A stretch of DNA of 63,829 nucleotides from Nitrospinae bacterium RIFCSPLOWO2_12_FULL_45_22 (GCA_001803565.1 MHDQ01000207.1:1-63829); one strand, 5' to 3'. Shown: positions 9,863-19,498, counted from the first letter of the stretch. A program made the numbers and translations. Notes: a model not told the origin generated them from the sequence alone.

Positions 9863-11074
9863 TTAGGCACCATATTTGATCAATTTTAGGCTATGGGCCA
9901 GGGCCAACGGGAGTAAATTGACCATTGGTTGTTGCCCGAGGCTGCCCGCCAAACAGCTTATCTCATCAAACTTATCTACCTTATCCACCCGGGCATATTT
10001 GGAATGGAGTATTACTGGCACGGGATGCCAGCTATGCGAGGCCAAGACCGATGGCGTGGAGTGGTCGCCAGTAACCACCAGGACATCGGGCCGGAGGGCC
10101 AATACCTGCGGGATAAACCGGTCAACATCCTCCAATACCTTAATCTTACCAGCAAAATTGCCATCCTCTCCCTTCGTATCGGCTTCTTTAATGTGGATAA
10201 AAAAGAAGTTATAGCTCTTCTCATAGTTTTGGGCCAGGGCAGCTATCTCACCTGCTATATCAGGACAAGGGGGTAAAATATCCATCCCTACCAGCCGGGC
10301 TAAGCCACGGTACATGGGGTAATTAGCGATAGCTACTGCCTTTAACCCGAACCGCTCTGACATACTGGGAATGGGATGGTATTGCGCAAAACCCCGTAGC
10401 AGGATCATATTGGCCTTTTCTTCATCCTGTAAGGTCTTTTGGGCCTGGGCCAAAAATTCTTTTACCAACCGGGCGGCTTTATCTGCGTTGGACTCCAGGG
10501 CCTTAGGCTCTTTAGGAGGAAAAGGGGTCTTTTGCGGATCAGTATCGCTAATCTCGCTGGATAGCCCCTCCCCACGCAACACAAAGGCTGCTCGGTGCTC
10601 CTTCTCGGGCTCAAAAAACCATTGGATATCAGGCCCTAAAAAAACCTCTTTTTTTAACCGCTGACAGAGCTGCTGATTAGTGGTGTCGCTGATCCTACCC
10701 GCCCTGCGATCAATTACCCTTCCTTCTCTATCCATAGTAGCAAAATTTGCCCTTGCAGCCACATCACCTGGCTTCAGTTCAAAATCTATCCCAAGCGCAG
10801 AAAGGACCCCGCGGCCAATGGAATATTTAATGGGATCGTAGCCGAAAAGGGCCAGGTGAGCTGGGCCACTCCCTGGGCTAATACCAGCCCCAACCGGCTC
10901 TAGTAGGCCACAAGCTGATTGGGCAGCTAACTGATCCAGATTAGGTAAGTTAGCCACTTCCAGCTCACTCCCCCCCCTGCCTTCCATAGGTAGCCCACCT
11001 AAACCGTCAATAATAAAAAATATGATCTTTGTATCACTTGGTGTTATCAGAGTATCCAATATCTCCTTAGACAT
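9863..11074 (-). CDS. apgM: Cofactor-independent phosphoglycerate mutase, archaeal-type (ApgM family)
   Basis: 403 aa. Alkaline-phosphatase-superfamily motifs (FFIIDGLGG, VVTGDHSTP) and the length typical of ApgM. Confidence 0.8.
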   Translation of the reverse strand: MSKEILDTLITPSDTKIIFFIIDGLGGLPMEGRGGSELEVANLPNLDQLAAQSACGLLEPVGAGISPGSGPAHLALFGYDPIKYSIGRGVLSALGIDFELKPGDVAARANFATMDREGRVIDRRAGRISDTTNQQLCQRLKKEVFLGPDIQWFFEPEKEHRAAFVLRGEGLSSEISDTDPQKTPFPPKEPKALESNADKAARLVKEFLAQAQKTLQDEEKANMILLRGFAQYHPIPSMSERFGLKAVAIANYPMYRGLARLVGMDILPPCPDIAGEIAALAQNYEKSYNFFFIHIKEADTKGEDGNFAGKIKVLEDVDRFIPQVLALRPDVLVVTGDHSTPSVLASHSWHPVPVILHSKYARVDKVDKFDEISCLAGSLGQQPMVNLLPLALAHSLKLIKYGA

Positions 11075-11197
11075 TCCTCATATCCTCCTATCTTCTCTAA
11101 TGTTCTCTGAAACTTCTGCCCAGGTGACGTCTTTGGGAGTCTATTTTAACGTAGATACTTTAATCTGGCAAAGTTAAATTAAGCAATTACCAAAATT

Positions 11198-11312
11198 ATG
11201 CACCGCAAAGGCGCAAAGAGCGCCAAGTTCAGTAAGGAGTGAGGAGTTAACTACTTACTGCTCACTCCTTACGACATGCATATCTTTGCGTTCTCCGCGT
11301 CTTTGCGGTTAT
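11198..11312. repeat. About 115-bp palindromic element (CCGCAAAG-type arms around a GTAAGGAGTGAG hairpin)
   Basis: ACCGCAAAGGCGCAAAGAGCGCC ... GTAAGGAGTGAGGAG-TTAAC-..CTCACTCCTTAC ... GCGTTCTCCGCGTCTTTGCGGT. The inner 12-bp stem is perfect and the outer arms are complementary. Confidence 0.7.
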
Positions 11313-11339
11313 GAATCAGGATTATTGAACAGGCTCAGA

Positions 11340-11369
11340 TTACAATTTTGGGTGAGTTCCAGGTATAAT
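11340..11369 (+). promoter_or_regulatory. Candidate sigma70 promoter for transaldolase gene
   Basis: TTACAA (11340-11345), 18-nt spacer, TATAAT (11364-11369), about 87 nt upstream of the ATG. Confidence 0.4.
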
Positions 11370-11455
11370 TCAGTTGAATTTTGTTGAGGGAGGCTATAAA
11401 ATTAAAAAAGAAGAAGTGTCTTCCTGAGTTCTTCAAATCTTACGAGGAGGGGATT

Positions 11456-12100
11456 ATGAAATTCTTTATTGATACAGCTAATGTTAATGAAATAAGAGAG
11501 GCTTATAGCTGGGGCGTTATTGATGGGGTAACTACTAATCCTAGCTTAATAGCCAAAGAGGGTCGGGAGTTCCAGGAACTGGTACAGGAGATTTGTTCTA
11601 TTGTTGATGGCCCTATCAGTGTAGAAGCAATAAGTATGGAGGTCGAGGGGATAGTTAAGGAGGCCCGGGCCCTAGCCGAGATCAGTCGAAATGTTGTGAT
11701 AAAAGTACCTATGACTATAGAAGGTCTAAAGGCTACCAAGCGGCTGAAGCAAGATAATATAGCAACCAATATGACTTTGGCATTTTCTCCTACCCAAGCC
11801 CTGGTGGCTGCTAAAGCCGGAGCCAGCTATATTAGCCCTTTTGTAGGGAGGCTAGATGATATCAGCCATGTAGGCATGGAGGTGGTGGAGAAGATTATTG
11901 CTATCTATAGTAATTACGATTTCCCTACTGAAGTGATAGTGGCCAGTGTCCGTCACCCCCTCCATGTAGTAGAAGCAGCCCTTATGGGTGCCCATATTGC
12001 TACTATCCCCTTCAAGGTTATTGAACAGATCGTAAAACATCCCCTAACCGATATCGGGATAGAGCGGTTCCTGGCTGATTGGAAAAAGGTACCTAAATAG
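11456..12100 (+). CDS. tal: Transaldolase / fructose-6-phosphate aldolase (short, type 3B)
   Basis: [17 protein letters not shown] and VIKVP (Schiff-base Lys) motifs. ATG at 11456 follows GAGGAGG; the track start at 11381 is an extension. Confidence 0.9.
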   Translation: MKFFIDTANVNEIREAYSWGVIDGVTTNPSLIAKEGREFQELVQEICSIVDGPISVEAISMEVEGIVKEARALAEISRNVVIKVPMTIEGLKATKRLKQDNIATNMTLAFSPTQALVAAKAGASYISPFVGRLDDISHVGMEVVEKIIAIYSNYDFPTEVIVASVRHPLHVVEAALMGAHIATIPFKVIEQIVKHPLTDIGIERFLADWKKVPK

Positions 12101-12121
12101 TTTTAAAAGGAGGCGTATTCC

Positions 12122-12340
12122 ATGCCTATCTTTGAATATCATTGTTTCAAGTGTGATAAAGACTTTGAGAAGCTGGTTATGGGTACCAATTCCCGGATTA
12201 CCTGTCCAGACTGTGAAACTATGGAGGTAGAGAAGAAATTTTCTACTTTTGCTATCAAGAGTGGTACTGCCTTCTCCAGCTCTATCGGCAGTAGTGGCTG
12301 TGGTGGCTGCACTGCTACCAGTTGCAGCACCTGCCACTAA
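12122..12340 (+). CDS. FmdB-family zinc-ribbon protein
   Basis: 72 aa. MPIFEYHCFKCDKDFE ... CPDC is the hallmark of the FmdB/CxxC_CxxC_SSSS family. Cys-rich tail. Confidence 0.8.
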   Translation: MPIFEYHCFKCDKDFEKLVMGTNSRITCPDCETMEVEKKFSTFAIKSGTAFSSSIGSSGCGGCTATSCSTCH

Positions 12341-12355
12341 TTATAACTAACGTTA

Positions 12356-12420
12356 TCAGTCATTGGCCAATGCGGGCTATAAGGCTTTAAACTGGTGACT
12401 AATGACCAGTGACCAATGAC
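12356..12420. repeat. STRR-like heptamer inverted repeat (GTCATTGG / TGACTAATGACCAGTGACCAATGAC)
   Basis: Left arm CAGTCATTGGCCAATG. Right arm is tandem 7-mers GTGACTA ATGACCA GTGACCA ATGAC. The arms are complementary. Confidence 0.75.
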
Positions 12421-12438
12421 GTACCATATGATTTGGAT

Positions 12439-12930
12439 ATGATAAGGCTGGCACTGCTTACTATAAGCGACAAAGGGTACCAGGGGGAACGGGAAGATAT
12501 TAGTGGCGAGGCCATAAAGGAGATAATTCAACCATCTCCCTTTGAGTTAGTCTATTATCAGGTTTTGCCCGATGAAAAGGAACTAATCTCCTCTACTATC
12601 AAAAATCTGGCTGATGAAGAAAGAGTAGACCTTATCCTGACTACTGGTGGGACGGGTTTGAGCCCGAGAGATGTGACGCCAGAGGCCACCCGAGCTGTTG
12701 TTGATAAAGAGGTTCCTGGTATTGCCGAAGCTATGCGCTTAGAGAGCCTGAAGATAACCCCTCATGCTATGTTATCCCGGGCCGTGGCAGGCATCAGGAA
12801 AAAGACTCTTATTATTAACTTGCCGGGAAGCCCTAAAGCTGTGCGGGAAACCTTAGTCCCCATCCTGCCCGCCCTTCCTCATGCCATAGAAAAACTTCAG
12901 GGGGATCCACGGGAGTGTGGCTTAGGTTAG
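12439..12930 (+). CDS. mog: Molybdopterin adenylyltransferase MogA/MoaB family
   Basis: LTISDKG...GEREDISG and LILTTGGTGLSPRD motifs. ATG at 12439 is preferred, because the GTG at 12409 lies inside the repeat. Confidence 0.85.
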   Translation: MIRLALLTISDKGYQGEREDISGEAIKEIIQPSPFELVYYQVLPDEKELISSTIKNLADEERVDLILTTGGTGLSPRDVTPEATRAVVDKEVPGIAEAMRLESLKITPHAMLSRAVAGIRKKTLIINLPGSPKAVRETLVPILPALPHAIEKLQGDPRECGLG

Positions 12931-14037
12931 GACTGACGAAGGGGGATAATATTTATAACCTAAGTCCTGGGCAATGGCTTGATGGGTAACTTTCCCCCCC
13001 ATTACATTAAGCCCTCTAACCAGTACCTGATTCTCTGCTAGGGCCTTTTTTACTCCTTTATTAGCGATCTGAAGAGCATAGGGTAGAGTTGCATTGGTTA
13101 AGGCATAGGTAGAAGTGCGGGCTACCGCACTGGGCATATTGGTCACGCAATAATGTATAATACCTTCACAAGTATAGACCGGGTTTTTAAAGGAAGTGGG
13201 CCTGGAACTTTCCGCACATCCTCCCTGGTCAATAGCTACATCCACAAAGACTGATCCCTTCCTCATCAAAAAAAGCATCTCTCGAGTGATTAGCTGAGGT
13301 GCTTTAGCCCCGGGTATTAAAACTGCCCCGATAATTAAGTCTGCTTCTCCCAGGTGGGCAATAAGGTTGTCATGGTTAGACATAAGGGTTTTTATCCGGT
13401 TACCGAACAGATCATCCAAATAAGCCATCCTTTCTAAGTCGAGCTCTAAAAGGGTGGTATCTGCCCCGTGTCCTATAGCAATCTTGGCGGCGTTAGTCCC
13501 TACCACCCCACCACCTATTATTAGCACTTTGCCCGGTTCGACACCTGGTACTCCACCCAGTAATACTCCTCTACCTCCCTCTTCTTTTTCTAAATACCTG
13601 GCCCCTTTCTGTACTGATAACCGCCCCGCTATTTCACTCATAGGAGTTAGTAAGGGCAAAAACCCATCATCTAACTGGACCGTCTCATAGGCTATAGCTA
13701 TTACCTCTCTCTCGATCAGGGCCTTGGTTAATTCAAGAGAGGCAGCTAAATGAAGGAAGGCATATATAATCTGATTCTTTTTTAGGAGGGGGTATTCTTC
13801 TGGAAGAGGTTCTTTAACCTTAATTATTAATTCAGCTTGAGAGAAAATTTCCTCTTTGCTTGACAGGATAGTTGCCCCAGCCTTTTGAAATTCTGTATCA
13901 GGGATACCACTACCTTTTCCTGCCTCACTTTCTATATAGACTTTATGTCCTGCTTGTAGTAAAGCCCTTACCCCAGCGGGAACAATGGCTACCCTATATT
14001 CGTGTTCTTTGATCTCTTTAGGAACGCCAATAATCAC
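12922..14037 (-). CDS. ald: Alanine dehydrogenase
   Basis: 371 aa. N-terminus (M)IIGVPKEIKEHEYRVA and NAD motif IIGGGVVGTNAA. GTG start. Confidence 0.9.
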   Translation of the reverse strand: MIIGVPKEIKEHEYRVAIVPAGVRALLQAGHKVYIESEAGKGSGIPDTEFQKAGATILSSKEEIFSQAELIIKVKEPLPEEYPLLKKNQIIYAFLHLAASLELTKALIEREVIAIAYETVQLDDGFLPLLTPMSEIAGRLSVQKGARYLEKEEGGRGVLLGGVPGVEPGKVLIIGGGVVGTNAAKIAIGHGADTTLLELDLERMAYLDDLFGNRIKTLMSNHDNLIAHLGEADLIIGAVLIPGAKAPQLITREMLFLMRKGSVFVDVAIDQGGCAESSRPTSFKNPVYTCEGIIHYCVTNMPSAVARTSTYALTNATLPYALQIANKGVKKALAENQVLVRGLNVMGGKVTHQAIAQDLGYKYYPPSSVLT

Positions 14038-14051
14038 TTGTCATCATATCC

Positions 14052-14124
14052 TTTTAAATTAACGCCGGCTAAAGCCTGCGACTACCATAAAACCGCATTA
14101 TTAAAATGAAAATTCCTATGCAAT
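14052..14124. repeat. Family-2 dispersed repeat (about 72 bp), copy 1
   Basis: TTTTAAATTAACGCCGGCTAAAGCCTGCGACTACCATAAAACCGCATTATTAAAATGAAAATTCCTATGCAAT. Near-identical to the reverse complement of 41634-41707. Confidence 0.85.
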
Positions 14125-14332
14125 AAATTTATGAAATTATAATTAACAAATGCCACTACCTTTGTCAAGCGTGCCTGGAGGCGACACTCCTTGCCTTGAC
14201 GATACCTTTTATATATATTAGCTTATGAGTAAGAGCGTAGATAATGCCTTAAACCAGATAAAAGAAACTTTATAGAAGTTATAAGCGAGGTGATGGCGAT
14301 AATGTAATGATGGAATAAGGAGGTGAAAATGG

Positions 14333-15364
14333 ATGAAAATAAGAACATATGTACGCGGTGGATTACTTGTTATCTTTACTTCGGGAGTGGGTTATTATCT
14401 GTTACTGTCCCAGACGGGCGATATGACTTTAGGGTTGTGGGGAGCCGTAATAGGAGCTGTAGTGGCGGGCCTCATGATATATTTAGAAAGGGGTTTAGAA
14501 AAAGTTCCGCTCGGAAGCATCCTTTATGGAGGTGGAGGATTAGTATTGGGTCTTATACTTGCCAACTTGCTAACCTATTCTTTGTTTTTAGCAGCAAAGA
14601 ATTCTCCTATTTCTAGTATAACCAAGGTTTTACTCACCATATTTTTGGGGTATATGGGTGCAATTGTGGGAATGAAGAAAGGGAAAGAGTTAGCCATCGA
14701 AGGCTACGCTAACAATCTTCAAAAAGGCCCATCCAACAATAATGTCAAGATACTGGATACCAGTGTTATAATTGATGGGCGGATAGCGGATATTTGTGAG
14801 ACGGGGTTTATAGAAGGAGAATTAGTTGTCCCCCAATTTGTTTTAAAAGAGTTGCAGCATATTGCCGATTCGTCGGATACCTTGCGGCGAAATAGGGGTC
14901 GGAGGGGGTTGGATATCCTTCACAAGATACAGAAAAATGTGGACATAAATGTTCAGATAATAGACCAGGATTTTTCTCGGATTAAAGAGGTTGATGCTAA
15001 GCTGGTGGCATTAGGAAAGGTGATGGGGGGTAAGATATTAACGAATGATTTTAACCTAAACAAAATCGCTGAACTACAAGGAGTACCAGTGTTAAATATT
15101 AACCAACTGGCTAATGCCGTTAAACCCGTAGTCTTGCCTGGGGAGGTGATGAATGTCTTTGTCTTAAAAGAAGGTAAAGAATATGGTCAAGGGGTGGCCT
15201 ATTTGGATGACGGTACTATGGTTGTTATTGATAATGCCAGGAGATATATAGGAAAAAATATTGAGGTTTCAGTAACCAGTGTGTTACAAACAACGGCTGG
15301 TCGCATGATTTTTGCTCGACTAAAAGATGAAGCCGATAGAAGTGAGGAAGGCCGATATTCTTGA
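14333..15364 (+). CDS. Membrane-anchored PIN/TRAM-domain protein (YacL-like)
   Basis: 343 aa. N-terminal TM helices, PIN motif ILDTSVIIDGRI, C-terminal TRAM-like domain. Sits upstream of ispD-ispF, as yacL does in Bacillus. Confidence 0.8.
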   Translation: MKIRTYVRGGLLVIFTSGVGYYLLLSQTGDMTLGLWGAVIGAVVAGLMIYLERGLEKVPLGSILYGGGGLVLGLILANLLTYSLFLAAKNSPISSITKVLLTIFLGYMGAIVGMKKGKELAIEGYANNLQKGPSNNNVKILDTSVIIDGRIADICETGFIEGELVVPQFVLKELQHIADSSDTLRRNRGRRGLDILHKIQKNVDINVQIIDQDFSRIKEVDAKLVALGKVMGGKILTNDFNLNKIAELQGVPVLNINQLANAVKPVVLPGEVMNVFVLKEGKEYGQGVAYLDDGTMVVIDNARRYIGKNIEVSVTSVLQTTAGRMIFARLKDEADRSEEGRYS

Positions 15365-15401
15365 AAATCCCTTCCAATCCAAAAGCAGGAGAGGCGATAT
15401 A

Positions 15402-16115
15402 ATGCCAGGGGCTACAGCACTAGTGCCGGCGGCTGGTATAAGTAAGAGAATGGGGGGGACAGAATATAAGCAGTTCCTCACGCTGGGTGATAAGCCACTG
15501 TTGGCCCATACCCTGCTAAAACTCCAGGCCTGCCCTCTTATTAAGGATATTTATCTGATAGTCCCGGCTAGCAAAATTGAATATTGCCAACAGGAGATAG
15601 TGTTTAGATACCAATTAGATAAAGTGGTTGAGGTGGTAAAAGGGGGAGAGGAGAGACAAGACTCTGTCTATCTCGGTTTCATTAGTATTAAAAAAGGAGC
15701 TGATATCGTCTTGATCCATGACGGGGTAAGGCCCTTCATAGATACCCGCTTATTAGAAGAAGTAATAAAGGGATCTGAAGAGCATGGGGCTTGTGTAAGT
15801 GGAATTCCTTGTTTTGATACTATAAAGCAAGTAGATACTCAAGGAACTGTTCAACAGACTTTGCCCCGCCATTTCCTGTGGCAGATCCATACTCCCCAAG
15901 CCTTTAATTACCAGATATTAAAAGAGGCATTGGAAAAGGCCAGGGAGGAAGGGTATTATGCTACTGATGAGGCTTCCTTAGTAGAGAGGACCGGTTACCC
16001 CGTCAAAGTGGTCAAAGGATTTCCTTATAACATAAAAATTACTTCTCCCCCTGATCTGGTAATAGGAGAAGCCCTCTTGGCAACCCTTGCACGCTACAGA
16101 GAACATAAAGCTTAA
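15402..16115 (+). CDS. ispD: 2-C-methyl-D-erythritol 4-phosphate cytidylyltransferase
   Basis: ALVPAAGISKRMG P-loop-like motif and HDGVRPF. ATG at 15402 is preferred over the track start at 15327. The last codons overlap family-1 repeat copy B. Confidence 0.9.
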   Translation: MPGATALVPAAGISKRMGGTEYKQFLTLGDKPLLAHTLLKLQACPLIKDIYLIVPASKIEYCQQEIVFRYQLDKVVEVVKGGEERQDSVYLGFISIKKGADIVLIHDGVRPFIDTRLLEEVIKGSEEHGACVSGIPCFDTIKQVDTQGTVQQTLPRHFLWQIHTPQAFNYQILKEALEKAREEGYYATDEASLVERTGYPVKVVKGFPYNIKITSPPDLVIGEALLATLARYREHKA

Positions 16116-16183
16116 AGCGCAAAGTCTCAAACTAAGGAATAAATTACCTCAGCTTTAAGCCCTATACTCTACGCTTTACGCTT
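16107..16183 (+). repeat. Family-1 palindromic intergenic element, copy B (degenerate)
   Basis: AAAGCTTAAAGCGCAAAG...AAACTAAGGAATAAATTACCTCAGCTTTAAGCC...CTACGCTTTACGCTT. Includes the ispD stop codon. Confidence 0.8.
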
Positions 16184-16204
16184 CGGCGAGAGGAAGAGTG
16201 CGCA

Positions 16205-16699
16205 TTGTTTCGGATAGGTTATGGTTATGATATCCATCCCTTGGAAGCGGGGAGGAAGTTAATTTTAGGCGGTATCGAAATCCCTTTCCAGAAAGGACTT
16301 GCTGGCCATTCCGATGCCGATGTTTTGGTGCATGCTATCTGCGATGCACTACTAGGGGCCATTGGTCAGGGAGATATAGGTTTACACTTTCCCCCTACCT
16401 CACCAGAATATAAGGATATATCCAGTTTAAAACTTTTAGAAAAGGTAATTAGATGGGTAAAGGAGAAGGGATTCGTGGTAGGTAATTTAGATTCAACCAT
16501 AGTGGCTCAGAAACCCCAAATAAGTCCCTATTTTGAGGCTATGAAGCAAACCCTGGCGCCTATCATGGAGCTAGCCCTGGACAGAGCGAATATAAAAGCT
16601 AAAACCCCTGAAGGTCTAGGTCCTATCGGCCATGGAGAAGGGATAGCCGCCTATGCTGTGGTTATCCTGATGAGAAAAAATGCCTCTCAATCTCTATAA
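16205..16699 (+). CDS. ispF: 2-C-methyl-D-erythritol 2,4-cyclodiphosphate synthase
   Basis: FRIGYGYDIH and HSDADVLVHAICDALLGA motifs. TTG start. Confidence 0.92.
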   Translation: MFRIGYGYDIHPLEAGRKLILGGIEIPFQKGLAGHSDADVLVHAICDALLGAIGQGDIGLHFPPTSPEYKDISSLKLLEKVIRWVKEKGFVVGNLDSTIVAQKPQISPYFEAMKQTLAPIMELALDRANIKAKTPEGLGPIGHGEGIAAYAVVILMRKNASQSL

Positions 16700-18245
16700 T
16701 ACCTTAACCAGACATAAGGAACTATTTAAACCTATTAAAGATAATCAAGTAGGGATGTATGTCTGCGGGGTAACGGTTTATGACCTTTGCCATATAGGCC
16801 ATGCCCGGGCTATGGTAGTCTTTGATGCTATCTATCGTTACTTGAGATATAAAGGATATGAAGTTAAGTATGTGAGAAATTATACCGATGTGGATGACAA
16901 GATCATTGCCCGGGCGCAAAAGGAAGGATTGAGTTATCAAGAGGTTGCTGAGCGATATATTGATGAGTTTAATAGCGATATGCAAGCCCTGAAGACCCTT
17001 AAACCCCAGGTTGAGCCCCGGGTTACTCATCATATCCCTGAAATCATTGAAATAATAGGAAAACTGGTAGCCAAGGGCTATGCCTATGAAGTAGAGGGCA
17101 ATGTCTTTTATTCGGTTAGTAAATTCTCTGTTTATGGCAAGTTATCAGGAAAGAATATTACTGAGCTGATGGCAGGAGCCCGGATAGAGGTAGATGAGAG
17201 AAAAGAAAATCCTATGGATTTCGCCCTTTGGAAGGCCAGCAAACCGGACGAGCCTGCCTGGGATAGTCCTTGGGGGAAGGGTAGACCGGGTTGGCATATA
17301 GAGTGCTCTGTTATGAGCATGAAATATTTAGGAGAAAACTTTGATCTCCATGGCGGTGGTATGGATTTGATCTTCCCTCACCACGAGAATGAGATTGCCC
17401 AGTCAGAGGCTGCTACCGGAAAGCCCTTTGTTAATTATTGGCTCCATAATGGCTTCATAAATATAAATCAAGAAAAGATGTCCAAGTCGCTCGGTAATAT
17501 CCTCACTATAAAACAACTTTTAAACCAGTACCATGCCGAGATAATCCGCTGTTTCCTTTTATCCAGGCATTACCGCAGTCCTATAGATTTCACGCTGGGC
17601 CATCTAGCTGAGAGCAAAAAAATTATGAGCAATCTGTACCTTAGCCTAAAAAATATCCAGGAATGGACTGCCGAGAAGAAGCCAGGCAGAGGCTTTAAGG
17701 AAGAGGATTTTAGCGGTGAAGAAGCTCGTATTTATCATGCTATTTTTGGGCTGAAAGATAGATTCCTTAAGGCTATGGATAACGACTTTAACACCGCTCA
17801 AGCCCTGGGCTATATCATCCAGATTAGTAAAATGATAAATAGCCACTTGGAAAAATTAGGCCCGGAAAAAGAACCGGGAGAGAAACTTTTGTTCCTACTG
17901 CACAGGGCTAGAGAAGGATTGCTAGATACAGCTCAGGTTTTAGGTATATTGCAAGAAAAACCGGAAAACTATTTTCTTCTAGTAGAAACTGAGGCTTATG
18001 AAGACCTGAGTGCCTTTATAGCAGCCGTGGAAAATAATGATATTTGTGGTCTTAAGGAGCGTTTAGACCCCGAGTGGTTAAAATCCCAGGTGAAGGAAAG
18101 GGAAAAGGCCAGAAAGAATAATGATTGGAACAAGGCCGATAAAATTAGAGCAGAGTTGAAAGAAAAAGGTTTGCTCCTCGAGGACACCCCCAAAGGGACC
18201 CGTATCAGAATAAAAAAAGATCCCAACATTATAGAGGTAAATTAG
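16680..18245 (+). CDS. cysS: Cysteinyl-tRNA synthetase
   Basis: HIGHAR and KMSKS motifs plus class-I core. 20-nt overlap with ispF. Confidence 0.95.
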   Translation: MPLNLYNTLTRHKELFKPIKDNQVGMYVCGVTVYDLCHIGHARAMVVFDAIYRYLRYKGYEVKYVRNYTDVDDKIIARAQKEGLSYQEVAERYIDEFNSDMQALKTLKPQVEPRVTHHIPEIIEIIGKLVAKGYAYEVEGNVFYSVSKFSVYGKLSGKNITELMAGARIEVDERKENPMDFALWKASKPDEPAWDSPWGKGRPGWHIECSVMSMKYLGENFDLHGGGMDLIFPHHENEIAQSEAATGKPFVNYWLHNGFININQEKMSKSLGNILTIKQLLNQYHAEIIRCFLLSRHYRSPIDFTLGHLAESKKIMSNLYLSLKNIQEWTAEKKPGRGFKEEDFSGEEARIYHAIFGLKDRFLKAMDNDFNTAQALGYIIQISKMINSHLEKLGPEKEPGEKLLFLLHRAREGLLDTAQVLGILQEKPENYFLLVETEAYEDLSAFIAAVENNDICGLKERLDPEWLKSQVKEREKARKNNDWNKADKIRAELKEKGLLLEDTPKGTRIRIKKDPNIIEVN

Positions 18246-18600
18246 CAAACCCTACTATAATATCAAGATGTGTTCTTACCCTAAATGAGCACCGGTTAAG
18301 TTGCTGCGCTATTTAACCCCTGTCAATTGCTCAGAGGATTTAGAGGATTCATGAAAAAATTTGTGCAACCTCTCATCCGTTAAGGGGCTCTACTAGTAGA
18401 GCGTTTCTTAAATAGCATGGCATCTCGACCGAAAGGAGGGATATTAATAACCCTTTGGTTTTAAAAAGATTTCTCGCTTCGCTCGAAATGACAACACGGC
18501 AACATTAATTAACAATCGGTCTACTAGACAGGTAAATGGGAGACAAGAAGAGTTTTCTGTGGTGAAGTTTGGAAAAGAGATACTTTTGGATAAATTCCGG

Positions 18601-18629
18601 TTGACAAATGAAATTTATTTAGCTATTAT
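18601..18629 (+). promoter_or_regulatory. Strong sigma70-type promoter for the tRNA/rpmG/secE cluster
   Basis: TTGACA (18601-18606), 17-nt AT-rich spacer, TATTAT (18624-18629). tRNA-Thr starts 25 nt downstream. Confidence 0.6.
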
Positions 18630-18653
18630 ATAAAACTTTACCCTTAGGGATAA

Positions 18654-18728
18654 GCTGGCGTAGCTCAGGGGTAGAGCAACTGATTTGTAATCAGTCGGTC
18701 AGGGGTTCAAATCCCTTCGCCAGCTCCA
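18654..18728 (+). tRNA. tRNA-Thr (anticodon TGT), CCA encoded
   Basis: Acceptor GCTGGCG/CGCCAGC, anticodon arm ACTGA-TTTGTAA-TCAGT, T-loop GGTTCAAATCC. Confidence 0.9.
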
Positions 18729-18789
18729 GGTTGGCGAAAAGAGGAAGAATTTATTATTTTATATCTCAACGGGAACTAAGTGTGAAAAA

Positions 18790-18872
18790 GGGGAGGTTCC
18801 CGAGTGGCCAAAGGGAACAGACTGTAAATCTGTCGGCGCTAGCCTTCGGAGGTTCGAATCCTCCCCTCCCCA
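18790..18872 (+). tRNA. tRNA-Tyr (anticodon GTA), long variable arm
   Basis: Acceptor GGGGAGG/CCTCCCC, anticodon loop CTGTAAA, T-arm GGAGGTTCGAATCCTCC. Confidence 0.9.
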
Positions 18873-18992
18873 CTAGATGGGGCAATATTATTAAAGAGTA
18901 ATGTTACCAAATAAAGGGGCTACATAGGATCATATAAAGATAAAAGACCTCGGTAAAGGAGATGGTCCTTATTATTGCATAGCTCCAGCAAA

Positions 18993-19065
18993 GCGGGAAT
19001 AGCTCAGTTGGTAGAGCATCAGCCTTCCAAGCTGAGGGTCGCGGGTTCGAACCCCGTTTCCCGCT
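18993..19065 (+). tRNA. tRNA-Gly (anticodon TCC)
   Basis: Acceptor GCGGGAA/TTCCCGC, anticodon loop CTTCCAA, T-loop GGTTCGAAC. Confidence 0.9.
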
Positions 19066-19211
19066 CTAGAGATATCGTCTTCTAGATTCCATTTTCTTTC
19101 GATTTTTCAGCAATCGGGTAGTTTTTTGCCTGGAGGAACACCTTACTTACCATAGCTAAATCTAATGTTTACTATTGGTTCGTAGGGTCTAAAATGTCTT
19201 TTAATAGAGAA

Positions 19212-19283
19212 GCCCACGTAGCTCAGGGGTGGAGCACTTCCTTGGTAAGGAAGAGGCCACCGGTTCAATCCCGGTCGTGGGCT
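19212..19283 (+). tRNA. tRNA-Thr (anticodon GGT)
   Basis: Acceptor GCCCACG/CGTGGGC, anticodon loop TTGGTAA, T-loop GGTTCAATCC. Confidence 0.9.
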
Positions 19284-19306
19284 CTATAAAGGATAGAGTT
19301 GGTTGT

Positions 19307-19456
19307 ATGAGAGAGATAATAACTTTAGCCTGTACCGAATGTAAGGAGAGAAATTATACCTCTACTAAGAACCGAAAGAAGACCCCTGAGCGATTAGAAT
19401 TAAAGAAATATTGTCCTTTTTGCCGGAGGCACACTCCCCATCGAGAAACGAAATAA
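19307..19456 (+). CDS. rpmG: 50S ribosomal protein L33 (zinc-binding C+ form)
   Basis: 49 aa, [22 protein letters not shown]...[14 protein letters not shown]. The track ORF (19229) is a spurious extension running through tRNA-Thr. Confidence 0.92.
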   Translation: MREIITLACTECKERNYTSTKNRKKTPERLELKKYCPFCRRHTPHRETK

Positions 19457-19498
19457 GGGAGAGTAGAATAATCAGGTGGGAGAATAGTAGAGATGTAG

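Noticed and set aside
14323-14616. 97-aa ORF overlapping the start of the PIN/TRAM gene in another frame.
   Set aside because: It is on the same strand in a different frame from a 343-aa ORF with clear TM/PIN/TRAM architecture, and it has no independent support.
19229-19306. N-terminal extensions proposed by the ORF track. Examples: L33 starting inside tRNA-Thr, glgA at 7949, tal at 11381, ispD at 15327, rplE at 41068, rpsM at 47821, infA at 47377, PHP at 9843.
   Set aside because: Internal starts with good Shine-Dalgarno sequences reproduce the canonical N-termini. The extensions run through tRNA genes or repeat elements.
19284-19306. Absence of a tuf copy between tRNA-Thr(GGT) and rpmG/secE, where many bacteria carry tufB.
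   Set aside because: Single-copy tuf after fusA is a common arrangement and not evidence of deletion or anything unusual.
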